This document shows positions 38,320 through 48,800 of a stretch of 64,000 bases of DNA, piece by piece. The notes under the pieces were generated by a model that saw only the letters and a list, made by a program, of their open reading frames with translations, ran no database searches and was not told the DNA's origin. The stretch is from a virus, in IMG/VR virus record IMGVR_UViG_3300034102_002416; one strand, given 5' to 3'. Made by a program: the position numbers and the translations under genes. Position 1 is the stretch's first letter; the number at the start of each line of letters is the position of its first letter.

Positions 38320-40812
38320 CTATTCTGGGAAACTTGCTCCAGTAGGTTGAATATTGAAATCTAAAATAATAAATTCAGCCGTACGTGTCGGTTGAAGGAA
38401 GATTTGACCATATAAAATATTTTGATCAATCAAATCTGGTGTATTATTTGAAGAATCCATTACTACACGGAATGCAAATAATCCTTGTTTAGCTTTTACC
38501 TGATCTAGGTATGGATTAACAATTGACAAGAAACGTAAACGTGTTGCATCAGTGTTTTGTTCAAATACTAAGTATCTAGTAGATGATGCAATAAACTTCT
38601 TCACAGTAAGCAGTAAACGACGCACATTTACTCGGTCTAATGCACTTGGAATTCCTTGTAGAGTCTTTTGCCCCCAAATACATACTCCGTCGTTAGGGAA
38701 GTTGGCAATAGGGTTTACGCGAGCTTCATACAATGTGTCCCGATCTGATTGATTCAAGTTAGTATATACATCTGATACTGTGGTTAAACCACCGCGTGTC
38801 AATCCAGCTGGTGCATACCATGGTGCGGCAACAGAATCGTTAAATGATAACACGCCTGGTACTACAACGGATGGTGGAACCCATAATGGCACATTTTTAG
38901 CAGGATTAACTATTCTAACCCATGGCCAATATGTTGCAGTATAATTTGTATCTAATGTGGTAACATTATTAACCACGGTAGGAATTGATTCTGTTAATCC
39001 GTTTGAATCCATTACATAGAATGCATCTTGACGAGTTTCTACCATGTTAATTGCTGCACTAGTTACAATGCTGTGTTCGCTATTAATAATACCAGGGGTT
39101 ACTAACATGTTAATGTCATAGTAATCAGTATCACTTAGCAATGCAAATGCTTTGTTATATGCTTTTGTTCCAGCTGTGCTTGTACCTGAACAATTGAATC
39201 CAAATGTGTTGTCATTTGTAATGTATTGTCCTGAGTATTTTTTTAGGTTTGGTTTAGCCCCATCAAATCCGCCTTGCATCGGTACAATGAACTTACGTGT
39301 ACTAAGTGCTACGTTAGCTGTAAAGTATGAATTACCTGTTGTCAATGCTGTTTCTAAACTTCCGGAATATGGTGATGTTGTTGTAGGAAAACCTGCAGCT
39401 GCATCTTGATTCACATTACCTAAATAAAAGTCAGTGTTACTACCAGTTACTGAACCAGATGTTGGTACTGGTGCTAAGTAATTCAAGTTATTAACATTGC
39501 TAAAGTTAAATCCAAAATAGTTATTTGCGTTGTATGTAGTTACAACTTGTGATGTTAGATATGTAGTAGCAGTTAAGTTAACAGAACCAGATGGCATCGG
39601 TATTGGTGAATTCAACGCACGGAATCCAAATGGAATCAAACTTTTATCATTTGTTTTTGTTTCAACACCAGTTGTTACTTCTACTCGGATGTATTTTGAA
39701 AGGTTTGGATATGCACCGTAACGAACAATTTTATTATCATCTGACACAATCTGATAACGATCTCCAATTACCCGAGAGATGTATCTAGATGAATCTGGAT
39801 TTAAATTGACATTTTGAAATACTTCAACAATATCAGGATTTCGGTCTGTGTCTTGAGATGAATATGGTGAGTTTGGAATATTATTAGTATTAACTCGTCG
39901 AACTTCCACAGTAAATGTACCATATCCAGATGGATCAGAAACTTCAGCTGAAGTACGTACATCTCGAATACCAACTTTAACCTCATGGTTAACTGATGTA
40001 CCATCTGCTAATGCATAGAAACGGAACAAGTCTTTAGATACAACTCCTACTTTTTGTGATGTTATCCATGGAGTAGCAGCTTTACCATCTAAATTACCAT
40101 AATCAGTTAGCAATTCATAGTTTGAAATTATTGCTAGTTTCGTAGTAATATTGCCTGGATTTGCAAATGCAGCAAATGCAGTCGGATTTTCATACAATAC
40201 ATATGCTGGATAGTCTACCGATTTAGGACCAGTTCCAAATACTTTAGCTAAATAGTTATTAGCATTTGGATTAATAGAAGCGGATATCGCAGTATCTTGT
40301 GATACTAGGAATGATCCATCAAATCCAATGGCAGCATCGGTTGATGCAACTGCACTAGATCCGGATATTTTAATTGCAAATGATCCTGACCCAGCATCAG
40401 TTAACACTGAATTTTCAAATATTGGTGTAGCACCATCTGCTTCTACTGCTTGCACTGGATGAAGTACATGTGTTACTACTTCTACTTTAGATGCGCCAGA
40501 TCCCGAAGCTGCAATGATTGCTAATGCTCCATTTGTTAATTTATACCCATCTTCATATAAAAGACGAGTTACTGTGATTACACTTCCGTTACGTAAATAA
40601 TCTTGAACGACAAATGGCACATATGAATCATCTGTATATGATCCAAATGTTGCTACAAAATCGCTATAATTTCTTATTTGCGTAGGAATTAGTGCTGGTC
40701 CTTTCACAGTTGGACCTACTATTGCTGCACCTATTGCAGCAACGCCACCAGCTAAAAACGATTGATCTACTTCGTTCGTAAATACGCCTGGTGACACAAT
40801 TCTTTCTGCCAT
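38320..40812 (-). CDS. contractile tail sheath protein (gp18-like)
   Basis: SPGVFTNEVD, YWPWV, WYAPAGLTRG, WGQKTL, RVNVRRL and PTRTAEFI. Confidence 0.95.
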   Translation of the reverse strand: MAERIVSPGVFTNEVDQSFLAGGVAAIGAAIVGPTVKGPALIPTQIRNYSDFVATFGSYTDDSYVPFVVQDYLRNGSVITVTRLLYEDGYKLTNGALAIIAASGSGASKVEVVTHVLHPVQAVEADGATPIFENSVLTDAGSGSFAIKISGSSAVASTDAAIGFDGSFLVSQDTAISASINPNANNYLAKVFGTGPKSVDYPAYVLYENPTAFAAFANPGNITTKLAIISNYELLTDYGNLDGKAATPWITSQKVGVVSKDLFRFYALADGTSVNHEVKVGIRDVRTSAEVSDPSGYGTFTVEVRRVNTNNIPNSPYSSQDTDRNPDIVEVFQNVNLNPDSSRYISRVIGDRYQIVSDDNKIVRYGAYPNLSKYIRVEVTTGVETKTNDKSLIPFGFRALNSPIPMPSGSVNLTATTYLTSQVVTTYNANNYFGFNFSNVNNLNYLAPVPTSGSVTGSNTDFYLGNVNQDAAAGFPTTTSPYSGSLETALTTGNSYFTANVALSTRKFIVPMQGGFDGAKPNLKKYSGQYITNDNTFGFNCSGTSTAGTKAYNKAFALLSDTDYYDINMLVTPGIINSEHSIVTSAAINMVETRQDAFYVMDSNGLTESIPTVVNNVTTLDTNYTATYWPWVRIVNPAKNVPLWVPPSVVVPGVLSFNDSVAAPWYAPAGLTRGGLTTVSDVYTNLNQSDRDTLYEARVNPIANFPNDGVCIWGQKTLQGIPSALDRVNVRRLLLTVKKFIASSTRYLVFEQNTDATRLRFLSIVNPYLDQVKAKQGLFAFRVVMDSSNNTPDLIDQNILYGQIFLQPTRTAEFIILDFNIQPTGASFPE

Positions 40813-40856
40813 TAAATTACTCCTATGATTTGTTTATTATAAATATAATGCTAATG

Positions 40857-41129
40857 TTACTGACCAACAGGAGTAAATGTGCCGGCAGCAATATTTATTT
40901 CACCGTCTCCATACCGCTCTTTAAGTTTTTCTAGTAAGGATGATTCATCATTTCGTAATTTATCAAATCGAGCTAATAATTGAGTTTCTTGTTCAGCAAG
41001 TTGTTCTAGTTGCCGTTTTAATAGTTGTTTTTCAATTGATACATTGCCGATGTAAGATGCAACCTCAGAAAACCCTGTTCGTAACTCTTGTATTGCATCT
41101 AAATGTTCTTTGTCTAATTTTCGTGTCAT
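40857..41129 (-). CDS. small coiled-coil protein
   Basis: Heptad pattern; ends KERYGDGEINIAAGTF. Confidence 0.65.
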   Translation of the reverse strand: MTRKLDKEHLDAIQELRTGFSEVASYIGNVSIEKQLLKRQLEQLAEQETQLLARFDKLRNDESSLLEKLKERYGDGEINIAAGTFTPVGQ

Positions 41130-41177
41130 ATGTAACCGTTTCTTGATATAATAAGAAGTATTTATATAAAATCCAAA

Positions 41178-41414
41178 TTACCAACTAGTAATTATTATGA
41201 TTCCAGATCCGCCATAACCACCTTGACCACCAGTGCCTGTTGTATTTCCTATTAAACTTCCGCTTAATCTTAAACTTCCTGTTAAAGTAAATGAGCCAGA
41301 CACAGTTATATCGTATGCTTCAACTTTAGTAAAAGCATCAATTGATTGGGTAACATGCCAAGCATCAACTTGTTCTCCAGTTACTATTCCAGTTTTAGAT
41401 AAAACTTTAGCCAT
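41178..41414 (-). CDS. short fibre-like protein, possibly internally deleted
   Basis: SGS/TGS segment joined directly to GGQGGYGGSGIIIITSW. Confidence 0.55.
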   Translation of the reverse strand: MAKVLSKTGIVTGEQVDAWHVTQSIDAFTKVEAYDITVSGSFTLTGSLRLSGSLIGNTTGTGGQGGYGGSGIIIITSW

Positions 41415-41439
41415 TTAGTTTTATTATAAATATTAAATT

Positions 41440-41676
41440 TTAAAGCATTTCAACATCATTTATGTTGATAGAGAAATCACTTACAGATAGTGTATCTCCA
41501 TCCAATGTAAAATCTGTTCGATAGTCTAAAGGTGTACCTGCAGGTATATTTGAAGTGTCGATTTTTAATCCATATCCTGCTCCATCAACATAAACATTGA
41601 TGATTTGGTTGTAATCAAAATCAACTAATTCAACTGCTGTTAAAGTTTTGTCTTGTAAAAATTCTTTAAGTGTCAT
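41440..41676 (-). CDS. hypothetical acidic protein
   Basis: 78-aa ORF after the Delta-60 gene. Confidence 0.55.
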   Translation of the reverse strand: MTLKEFLQDKTLTAVELVDFDYNQIINVYVDGAGYGLKIDTSNIPAGTPLDYRTDFTLDGDTLSVSDFSININDVEML

Positions 41677-41694
41677 AAATTTAATTGTTTTACA

Positions 41695-43926
41695 TTAATA
41701 TATATATGGCAAAATTATACGTACAACGTTGTTAAAACCAGATCCTGTAGGAACAAATGTAGTATCTATAGTACCATTTGTATTTAGTCTTGCAATTCGG
41801 TTTACTGTTGAGCCTGAATATGTAGTAAATCCTCCACCTATTAAGATTTTTTGCGTTTCTGGGTCTAATGTTATGTTGGATACTTCTCCATTAGCTCCAG
41901 ACCCTACATTGAATGTTGCATCTATAGTACCATTTGTATTTAGTCTTATAATTCGATTTGTTGATGAACCGGAATATGAAGTAAATGATCCCCCTGCTAT
42001 AATTTTTCCATCGGTTTGGATTGCTAATGAGGTTACTGAGTTATTTCCGAATCCAGTTCCTATATTGAATGTTGTATCTAGAGTACCATTTGTATTTATT
42101 CTTACAATTCGATTTATGTTTGAACCAGAGTATGAAGTCAAGGCCCCACCGGCTATTATACGGTTCGAAGAGTCGATAGCTAATGCATTTACAGTATTGT
42201 TAAATCCAGTTCCTACGTTAAACGTAGCATCTATAGTACCACTTGTATTTAGTCTTACAATTCGATTTATGTTTGAACCAGAATATGAAGTGAAATCACC
42301 TCCAGCTATTATTTTATTATCTGTTTGTATTGATAAACTACTAAGACCACCACCAAAACCAGTTCCTATACTAAATGTAGTATCTCTAGTTCCATTAGAA
42401 TTAATTCGAGTTATTCTGTTCTGTGTTGAACCAGAGTATGAAGTAAATGATCCCCCTGCTATAATTTTTCCATCTGTTTGTAATGTTAATGAATTTACAG
42501 TACTGTTAAAACCATTTCCTATGTTAAAAGAGGCATCTATACTTCCGTTAGGGTTTATTCTAGTTATATAATTTCGAGATGATCCTGAATAATATGTAAA
42601 AGTTCCACCAGTTATAATTTTTCCATCAGTTTGTGCTTTTAGGTCGCGTATATTAAACCAAAACCCATTAGAGGCTATTATACTATTAGAAGTAGTGCTG
42701 CCAGTAGTATTTAAAAAGGTTAATGAATCTATATTATTCCCTGTGAAATTACCTCCGACAACAATATTATTATTAGGTAGTTGTAATATTATATTTGGAC
42801 GAGTAGATGAATTTATCCCATGATTAAAAGAAGTATCTACAGTACCATCAGTGTTTAATCTAATAGTTCTTACAGCTAACGATCCTGAGTATGAGGTAAA
42901 TTGACCTTGTATTAATATTTTTCCATCAGATTGGATTCCAATACTATCTACTGTTGGTGTAACACCACCAATTCCAGTTCCTATATTGAATGTTGTATCT
43001 AGAGTACCATTTGTATTTAGTCTTACAATTCGATTTATGTTTGAACCAGAGTATGAAGTGAAATTACCTACAACTATTACTTTATCATCGGATTGAATTG
43101 CTAATGAATTTACCTCACTATTAAATCCAGTTCCTATATTGAATGTTGTATCTAGAGTACCATTTGTGTTTAGTCTTACAATTCGGTTTATTGATGAGCC
43201 TGAATATGAAGTGAAATTACCTACAGCTATTACTTTACCGTCGGATTGTGACACCATATAATTTGCTTGGCCATTTAATCCGCTGGTGCCAACATTATAA
43301 GTTGTATCTCTTGTCCCATCAGTATTCAAACGTATTATACGAGTTGCACCGGATGACGAGCCTGAATATGATGTAAATGCTCCAGAGGCTATTATTTTAT
43401 TATCTGTTTGTATTGATAAACTACTAAGACTACCGTTGAAACCAGTTCCTATATTAAATGTAGTATCTCTAGTTCCATTAGAATTAATTCGAGTTATTCT
43501 GTTCTGTGTTGAACCAGAATATGAACTTAATGATCCGCCAGCTATTATACGACCCAATGAATCTATACCCAATGTAACTACACCACTATTAAAACCTGTA
43601 CCTATATTAAATGTAGTATCTCTAGTTCCGTTTGTATTAATTCGGGTTATATATGGTTGGGATGATCCTGAATAGTTAAGGAATATACCTCCTAGTACTA
43701 ATTTATCATCAGATTGTATGCTATAAGTGTATACAGTGCCATTTAAACCGTCACCTTGATTAAAATTACTAGCCTGGGATCCACTTGAATCTAAAACTCT
43801 AAAATATGGGTTGGTATTAGTAGCATATGTATTAAAATCACCTCCTATATAATAACCATTAACTATTATCCCAGGGGTTGGTAGTACTAAAGATAAAGGT
43901 TGAATAAATGCAAATGGTGTAAACAT
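41695..43926 (-). CDS. Delta-60 repeat beta-propeller protein (putative receptor-binding protein)
   Basis: Tandem ~54-aa repeats QxDGKIIAGGxFTSYSGS..NRIxRLNTNGTxDTTFNIGTG. Confidence 0.8.
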   Translation of the reverse strand: MFTPFAFIQPLSLVLPTPGIIVNGYYIGGDFNTYATNTNPYFRVLDSSGSQASNFNQGDGLNGTVYTYSIQSDDKLVLGGIFLNYSGSSQPYITRINTNGTRDTTFNIGTGFNSGVVTLGIDSLGRIIAGGSLSSYSGSTQNRITRINSNGTRDTTFNIGTGFNGSLSSLSIQTDNKIIASGAFTSYSGSSSGATRIIRLNTDGTRDTTYNVGTSGLNGQANYMVSQSDGKVIAVGNFTSYSGSSINRIVRLNTNGTLDTTFNIGTGFNSEVNSLAIQSDDKVIVVGNFTSYSGSNINRIVRLNTNGTLDTTFNIGTGIGGVTPTVDSIGIQSDGKILIQGQFTSYSGSLAVRTIRLNTDGTVDTSFNHGINSSTRPNIILQLPNNNIVVGGNFTGNNIDSLTFLNTTGSTTSNSIIASNGFWFNIRDLKAQTDGKIITGGTFTYYSGSSRNYITRINPNGSIDASFNIGNGFNSTVNSLTLQTDGKIIAGGSFTSYSGSTQNRITRINSNGTRDTTFSIGTGFGGGLSSLSIQTDNKIIAGGDFTSYSGSNINRIVRLNTSGTIDATFNVGTGFNNTVNALAIDSSNRIIAGGALTSYSGSNINRIVRINTNGTLDTTFNIGTGFGNNSVTSLAIQTDGKIIAGGSFTSYSGSSTNRIIRLNTNGTIDATFNVGSGANGEVSNITLDPETQKILIGGGFTTYSGSTVNRIARLNTNGTIDTTFVPTGSGFNNVVRIILPYIY

Positions 43927-43929
43927 AAC

Positions 43930-44742
43930 TTATATCATATTTCTTACAGAACTTAAAAATACTGTTGTTGAATCAAATGTAATCATTGTTACAATATCAA
44001 TTGCGTTTGATATTTGTGAACCAGTATATGCAGAACCACTTGGTTGATCAACGGTAGATGGAAAACTTACTGTACCTGTTCCAGCTGAACCTTGATTTAC
44101 TCTAATATTGACTGTTTGTCCTGGTTGTAGGTTAGTTGGGTTAATATGGGTGTTTGCTCCATTTACTAAATTTAAAATAAAGAAGTTACCAAAAGACATA
44201 TTAAGTGAAGCAGTATTTGATGAAATGGAAAGTGTGGATACATTTCCACGTAATGAACCAGTTATTACTTGACTTCCTGTTATAGTTAATGAACCAGTTA
44301 TAAGAGTATTACCTGTTGAAGTAATACGCATTCGTTCAATTGATGAATCTGAATTAGAAGGTAAAGTAGTAGAGGGTGAAGTGCTAAATATTATATCATC
44401 TGCATAAAAATTCGTTCCAGCATTATGATTAAATTCTATTTTTGAAGTAATATTATTACTAGATCCAAGATCATAACCATGACCTATTTTCATAGATACT
44501 GGGGCTGAATTAGTTCCAATTATATTTGGTTGGGTTGAGGTTGTAGATATATGAAGACTATGAGCTGGGGTAGTTGTTCCAATTCCAACTATTCCACCAA
44601 ATGAAGCTGTTGAAGCATTCTGTGTAATTGAACCTGTAATTACTACTTGTTGATTAAGTGGGTTGACAAATGAAGCCGTAGATGCAAATGAAGCACTCTC
44701 TGCTGTTATTTGAAAACCGTTTATTTTGCTTACGTTACTCAT
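43930..44742 (-). CDS. tail fibre/adaptor-like protein
   Basis: ASFAS and ITGS repeats, VGIGTTTP and ERMRITSTGN fibre motifs. Confidence 0.65.
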   Translation of the reverse strand: MSNVSKINGFQITAESASFASTASFVNPLNQQVVITGSITQNASTASFGGIVGIGTTTPAHSLHISTTSTQPNIIGTNSAPVSMKIGHGYDLGSSNNITSKIEFNHNAGTNFYADDIIFSTSPSTTLPSNSDSSIERMRITSTGNTLITGSLTITGSQVITGSLRGNVSTLSISSNTASLNMSFGNFFILNLVNGANTHINPTNLQPGQTVNIRVNQGSAGTGTVSFPSTVDQPSGSAYTGSQISNAIDIVTMITFDSTTVFLSSVRNMI

Positions 44743-46901
44743 ATCTCATACCAATCGTTAGATGGGTTAAATTTCATTATCCAATAGTCAGGTGTTGTTG
44801 CGCTGTTGTAGTACATATGGCCTACCACTCTCACATATCCTGAGGTTGGTTTAGTTGTAGTAAGGGATGACTGTGATCCGGTTAAATATACAGGCATACC
44901 GTAAAAGTTACTTCCTCTTACATATGGTACATCTATAATAGCAGATGAGGTTGTTACAGTAACTATTCCATCTATTAAGATACCACCTCTAACGTACCCA
45001 TTAGTACAAATTCCTAAAAGTTTTGTAGTATTATCTGTTGATTGGTCTGCTAGTTTCCATACACCATCTGTATCTAAAAATACAGTATTTGATGCTGTTA
45101 CTGCCAAATCAATATTTGGGCCAACCTCTATAAGTTTACCAGCAAAATTAGAAGCTATACTACCAAACCCGGTTGTGGTTGCAATAAATTCATCTTGAGA
45201 AGTTTCATTTGAAATTTCAATAGTAGGTCGATAATTTACTATATTAAGTCCAGAAGTACCACTCCAGTCTATTGATGGATTACCTCCGGTGTCGTCTGCT
45301 CGACGGTTTTCCCAATTTATAGATGTGTTACCTGACGAATCGAGATTAACTCTGTTTGTCCAATCACTTGATATATTACCGGCAGTATCTAATAAATAAC
45401 GGTTCTGCCAATCAATTGATTGAAGTTGGGTTGTATCATATGAAATACGATTTTGCCAATCTACGGAACTAATATTACTATCATCTGTTAATGTACTAGT
45501 TGCAGTATCTAGTTTAACATTAGTTCCATTATTTACAGAAAATGATCCAGTAACTCCTAAGCTTCCAGTTATCTGTGCTGAGCCAGTGTATGGGAATACC
45601 GGAGCATATGATGCTGATGTTGCGAATGATGCGGTACCTAGTAGTGACCCTGTAAATGAAGTTGCTGACAAACTTCCCGTTAATCCGTATGATCCGGTAA
45701 GCTGTCTACCACTAATCCAAACGCTTCCAGATTTTACTAATATATCACCAAAGGATGATGTAGTTGTAGTTTCTCTAACATCATGTAACTCCCCAATCTC
45801 CCATCCATTTGATATATGCGTAAATATAGATCCTACGGTATTATGCACCCTAACAATATATCCTAATAGTACTGTATGTTGTGGTGCTTGTGGCTGTGTA
45901 GTTGTCCATCCACCTGGGGTGGTTGGTGATAACCAAACTGGCGATCCGCCTATTGTACCACTGGTATTTATGTTATTAATAAATCCAAATGTAGTAACAT
46001 AACCTTCAGCACCAGATAATATAGATTCTGCAGTAAATCCTAAAGTTGTTGCTGAATATCCATCAGTCGTACCAATCGCTCTGTTAACCGAAGGTCTATT
46101 TCCTTGTGACCCGGAAACAAAAACTACTTCTCCTTTGTTTAAGGTAGTTCCTGTATTATTAAAAACCAATACAACATTTTCTTGACCTAACTCTACATTA
46201 ACGTTTCCGCCCTTTAACATTAAGTCTAACGTGCCGGCGCCATCATCCCAACCTAATTGCCCAACTTGAGTTACTCCACTCGCAGTTGTGTAAAAGTGTA
46301 TGCTGTTAGGATTGAAGATAGAACCAGATATGTTAAACGATCCAGTCATAGTAAGTGCTGAGCCGTCAAAGGTTAAAGCCGCTTCTCCGTTTAATTCTGG
46401 AGAGGTTCCGGTGGCTGTAATCAATCTGTTATTGACATTTGTACCACCGTTAAATGTAGCTCCGCCACCAGAACCTGATAGTAGATTTGTTCCAGCACCT
46501 CCGGCTGCAGCTGTTAGGTCAATGTATGCTCCTCTTGCAGCCCCTCCTTGTTCAAAAAATCGAATTTTATTTTGATACACATCAATGGTAACACCACTAC
46601 CAGTAAGGGATGTATTAGTAACCGGTTTGTTTAGCAGTATTTCTCCACCTTCATCTCCCGATTGATAAAGTACACTTAATTTAGAACCATCAAATGTTAG
46701 TAATGATTCAGCATTTAATGTGCCATCTCCGTTAGCAGTTAACACTCGAGTGTCTGCATCATTCGATATAGCAGGTGTTATGTTAGAAGCTGTTAGAGAA
46801 AATGAGGCTGTCCCAAGTAGAGACCCAGTTATACTAGGCGAATATAAAGAATTTAATGCAGCATCCGATCCGGATACTATGACTTTTTTCCATGCTGGCA
46901 T
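44739..46901 (-). CDS. tail fibre-like virion protein
   Basis: MPAWKKVIVSGS start, FTGSLLGTASFA segments and SIDWxNR repeats. Confidence 0.65.
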   Translation of the reverse strand: MPAWKKVIVSGSDAALNSLYSPSITGSLLGTASFSLTASNITPAISNDADTRVLTANGDGTLNAESLLTFDGSKLSVLYQSGDEGGEILLNKPVTNTSLTGSGVTIDVYQNKIRFFEQGGAARGAYIDLTAAAGGAGTNLLSGSGGGATFNGGTNVNNRLITATGTSPELNGEAALTFDGSALTMTGSFNISGSIFNPNSIHFYTTASGVTQVGQLGWDDGAGTLDLMLKGGNVNVELGQENVVLVFNNTGTTLNKGEVVFVSGSQGNRPSVNRAIGTTDGYSATTLGFTAESILSGAEGYVTTFGFINNINTSGTIGGSPVWLSPTTPGGWTTTQPQAPQHTVLLGYIVRVHNTVGSIFTHISNGWEIGELHDVRETTTTSSFGDILVKSGSVWISGRQLTGSYGLTGSLSATSFTGSLLGTASFATSASYAPVFPYTGSAQITGSLGVTGSFSVNNGTNVKLDTATSTLTDDSNISSVDWQNRISYDTTQLQSIDWQNRYLLDTAGNISSDWTNRVNLDSSGNTSINWENRRADDTGGNPSIDWSGTSGLNIVNYRPTIEISNETSQDEFIATTTGFGSIASNFAGKLIEVGPNIDLAVTASNTVFLDTDGVWKLADQSTDNTTKLLGICTNGYVRGGILIDGIVTVTTSSAIIDVPYVRGSNFYGMPVYLTGSQSSLTTTKPTSGYVRVVGHMYYNSATTPDYWIMKFNPSNDWYEI

Positions 46902-46914
46902 ATTATACTCCTAC

Positions 46915-46976
46915 CATTGTGGTTAGATACATACACTTATGCCGTGTATATGCCTACTTCCTTGCGGCCTACAATG
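46915..46976 (-). ncRNA. candidate structured 5'-leader RNA (three-way junction)
   Basis: P1 CAUUGU(A)GG/CCACAAUG, P2 CC-GCAA-GG, long P3 AUACAC/GUGUAU; lies between the late motif and the AGGAG SD. Confidence 0.55.
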
Positions 46977-46993
46977 ATTTATTAATAAATATA

Positions 46994-47179
46994 TTAACGA
47001 GGTTTTTTACTGGTTTGTTTAGAATCCATTTGTTTAGCAATTTCTGCAATCTCTGATTCTAATTTAACCTGAAGTGATGCAATAGTTTTAGCATCTTTAC
47101 CAGTAATAGTGATTACATCTAATGATTGTCGTAAAATACTAATTTCTTGCGGTGTTAAATCTATAGCAAATAAATCCAT
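46994..47179 (-). CDS. small hypothetical protein
   Basis: 61 aa; similar layout to its neighbour (LTPQEISIL...ITGKD vs LNTSELEFL...LTGEQ). Confidence 0.65.
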   Translation of the reverse strand: MDLFAIDLTPQEISILRQSLDVITITGKDAKTIASLQVKLESEIAEIAKQMDSKQTSKKPR

Positions 47180-47181
47180 AA

Positions 47182-47370
47182 CTATTTAGTTTGTTCGGTG
47201 TATTGATTTTGTAATTTGATTACCATATTATAAAACAATTCAACTTGTTCGCCGGTTAATGTGGATGTACGTAACATTGTTAATAAAAATTCTAATTCAG
47301 AAGTATTTAACTGATTTACGGATTGATTAGCTTGATGTGCCGGTTTATTTATTTTATTTATGATACCCAT
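47182..47370 (-). CDS. small hypothetical protein
   Basis: Likely start MGII at 47370; apparent paralog of 46994-47179. Confidence 0.6.
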   Translation of the reverse strand: MGIINKINKPAHQANQSVNQLNTSELEFLLTMLRTSTLTGEQVELFYNMVIKLQNQYTEQTK

Positions 47371-47390
47371 ATAACTTATTATATATAATA

Positions 47391-48434
47391 TTACGCATAA
47401 ATCCAAATATCACCTGCCGTAGATGTATACATTGCACCTTGAACTGCAAACTCACCAGTTACTGGTTTAGTAGCACCATGATTTGCTTCAGTAAATAAAT
47501 ATGGTACAAATGAACCACTAACTCCTCCAGCAGATGTCGGATCTAATGCATTGGTAGTATCAGTGACACCGGATTGGAATCCCCAACGATCTGTTGCTGC
47601 ATCAAATCCATATGCAATGTTACCAGCAGCATCCGAACCTCTATCGATAATAATACCACCATCACTTGATGCAGCAGATCCGGATGCTAACAAGATAAAT
47701 TTATCTTCTACATATAAATCTTGAACATTAATAAATGTAGTAGTACCATTAACAGTTAAATCTCCAGTTACAACTAAACTATTATTTACTGTAGTTGTAC
47801 CAGAACCAGCGCCTAAATTTAATGTTGTTGCTGCACCAAATGCGTTAACAGTAGTAGCATTGGTATTAAATACGGTGGCGGTTGCGGCGGTTGTAGTAAT
47901 ATCGCCGCCATTAACTGCTGCATCACCGGTTAATGTCAATCCTACAAATTGTGGCGAATCGCCAGTTTCTAAACCTAAATCGATAGTCGATCCTGCTACA
48001 CCGTTTGTTGTAAGTACAGCTTGTCCTTGACCCGGCGATGATAATACAGATGATGACACAATACCAGCTGGTAATTGAGCTGAACCAGACCAGACACCTG
48101 ATCCGTTAAGGATTTGTGCTTGTGTTATAGATCCGCCTAATGAAACAGAAGTTCCTGCTATTGTAATAGATGAATTTGTTAAGCTAGCATTTGGGATACT
48201 ACCGAGAGTAAATGTGATAGTGTCTGTAGTTGCATTTCCAGTAATATCTAATCCAGCACCAGATGATGATGCAAACGTTAATGTGTCAACGGATGAATCT
48301 GCAATTACAGAAATGCCGTTAATAGACATAGTAGCAAATGTATTTTGTTGTGTTACCGCGGTTAAATATCCAGCATCATTATTAAGTTGTGATATATTAC
48401 TACCGGATACAACTACCTTTTTCCAAACTGCCAT
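47391..48434 (-). CDS. fibre-like virion protein
   Basis: MAVWKKVVVSGS start (same as 44739-46901); GDLTVNGTTT motif. Confidence 0.7.
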   Translation of the reverse strand: MAVWKKVVVSGSNISQLNNDAGYLTAVTQQNTFATMSINGISVIADSSVDTLTFASSSGAGLDITGNATTDTITFTLGSIPNASLTNSSITIAGTSVSLGGSITQAQILNGSGVWSGSAQLPAGIVSSSVLSSPGQGQAVLTTNGVAGSTIDLGLETGDSPQFVGLTLTGDAAVNGGDITTTAATATVFNTNATTVNAFGAATTLNLGAGSGTTTVNNSLVVTGDLTVNGTTTFINVQDLYVEDKFILLASGSAASSDGGIIIDRGSDAAGNIAYGFDAATDRWGFQSGVTDTTNALDPTSAGGVSGSFVPYLFTEANHGATKPVTGEFAVQGAMYTSTAGDIWIYA

Positions 48435-48485
48435 TTTATTCCTTTACTATATTTTTTATAATAAATATGTTAAAACTTAAATTAA

Positions 48486-48800
48486 CTAATCCAATCCTAC
48501 AAAAAACGAACCTGATGTAAAATATATTCCGCCATTCGGTGCTGGATTTGATAATTCTGCTGATTGTGTTGCTACTACAATAACTCGATCAGATTGTATT
48601 TTAAACAAATCAATGCTAGCAGATTTAACTAAAAATAAATCATTAACTGTGTTAACTTGAGCTATAACGCTACCACTAATAATTCTAAATGATTCACCGC
48701 CTCCACCGTTTGCGACGTAAGATGCTGTTAATGCAAAACTAGAAGATATATCATAAAGAGATCCGGTACGTAATTGTCCTGGTTTAAACTGCCTTGCCAT
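48486..48800 (-). CDS. small virion-associated protein
   Basis: SGS/TGS-rich; TAATG coupling with the gp15-like gene. Confidence 0.6.
   Translation of the reverse strand: MARQFKPGQLRTGSLYDISSSFALTASYVANGGGGESFRIISGSVIAQVNTVNDLFLVKSASIDLFKIQSDRVIVVATQSAELSNPAPNGGIYFTSGSFFVGLD

Noticed and set aside
41729-42571. 280-aa plus-strand ORF with repeats
   Set aside because: Antisense shadow of the Delta-60 repeat gene; it has no independent signals.
41900-43640. Regularly spaced DNA repeats suggesting a CRISPR array or DGR template/variable pair
   Set aside because: The repeats are in-frame coding units of about 160 nt, with no unique spacers and no reverse transcriptase or cas operon in the window.
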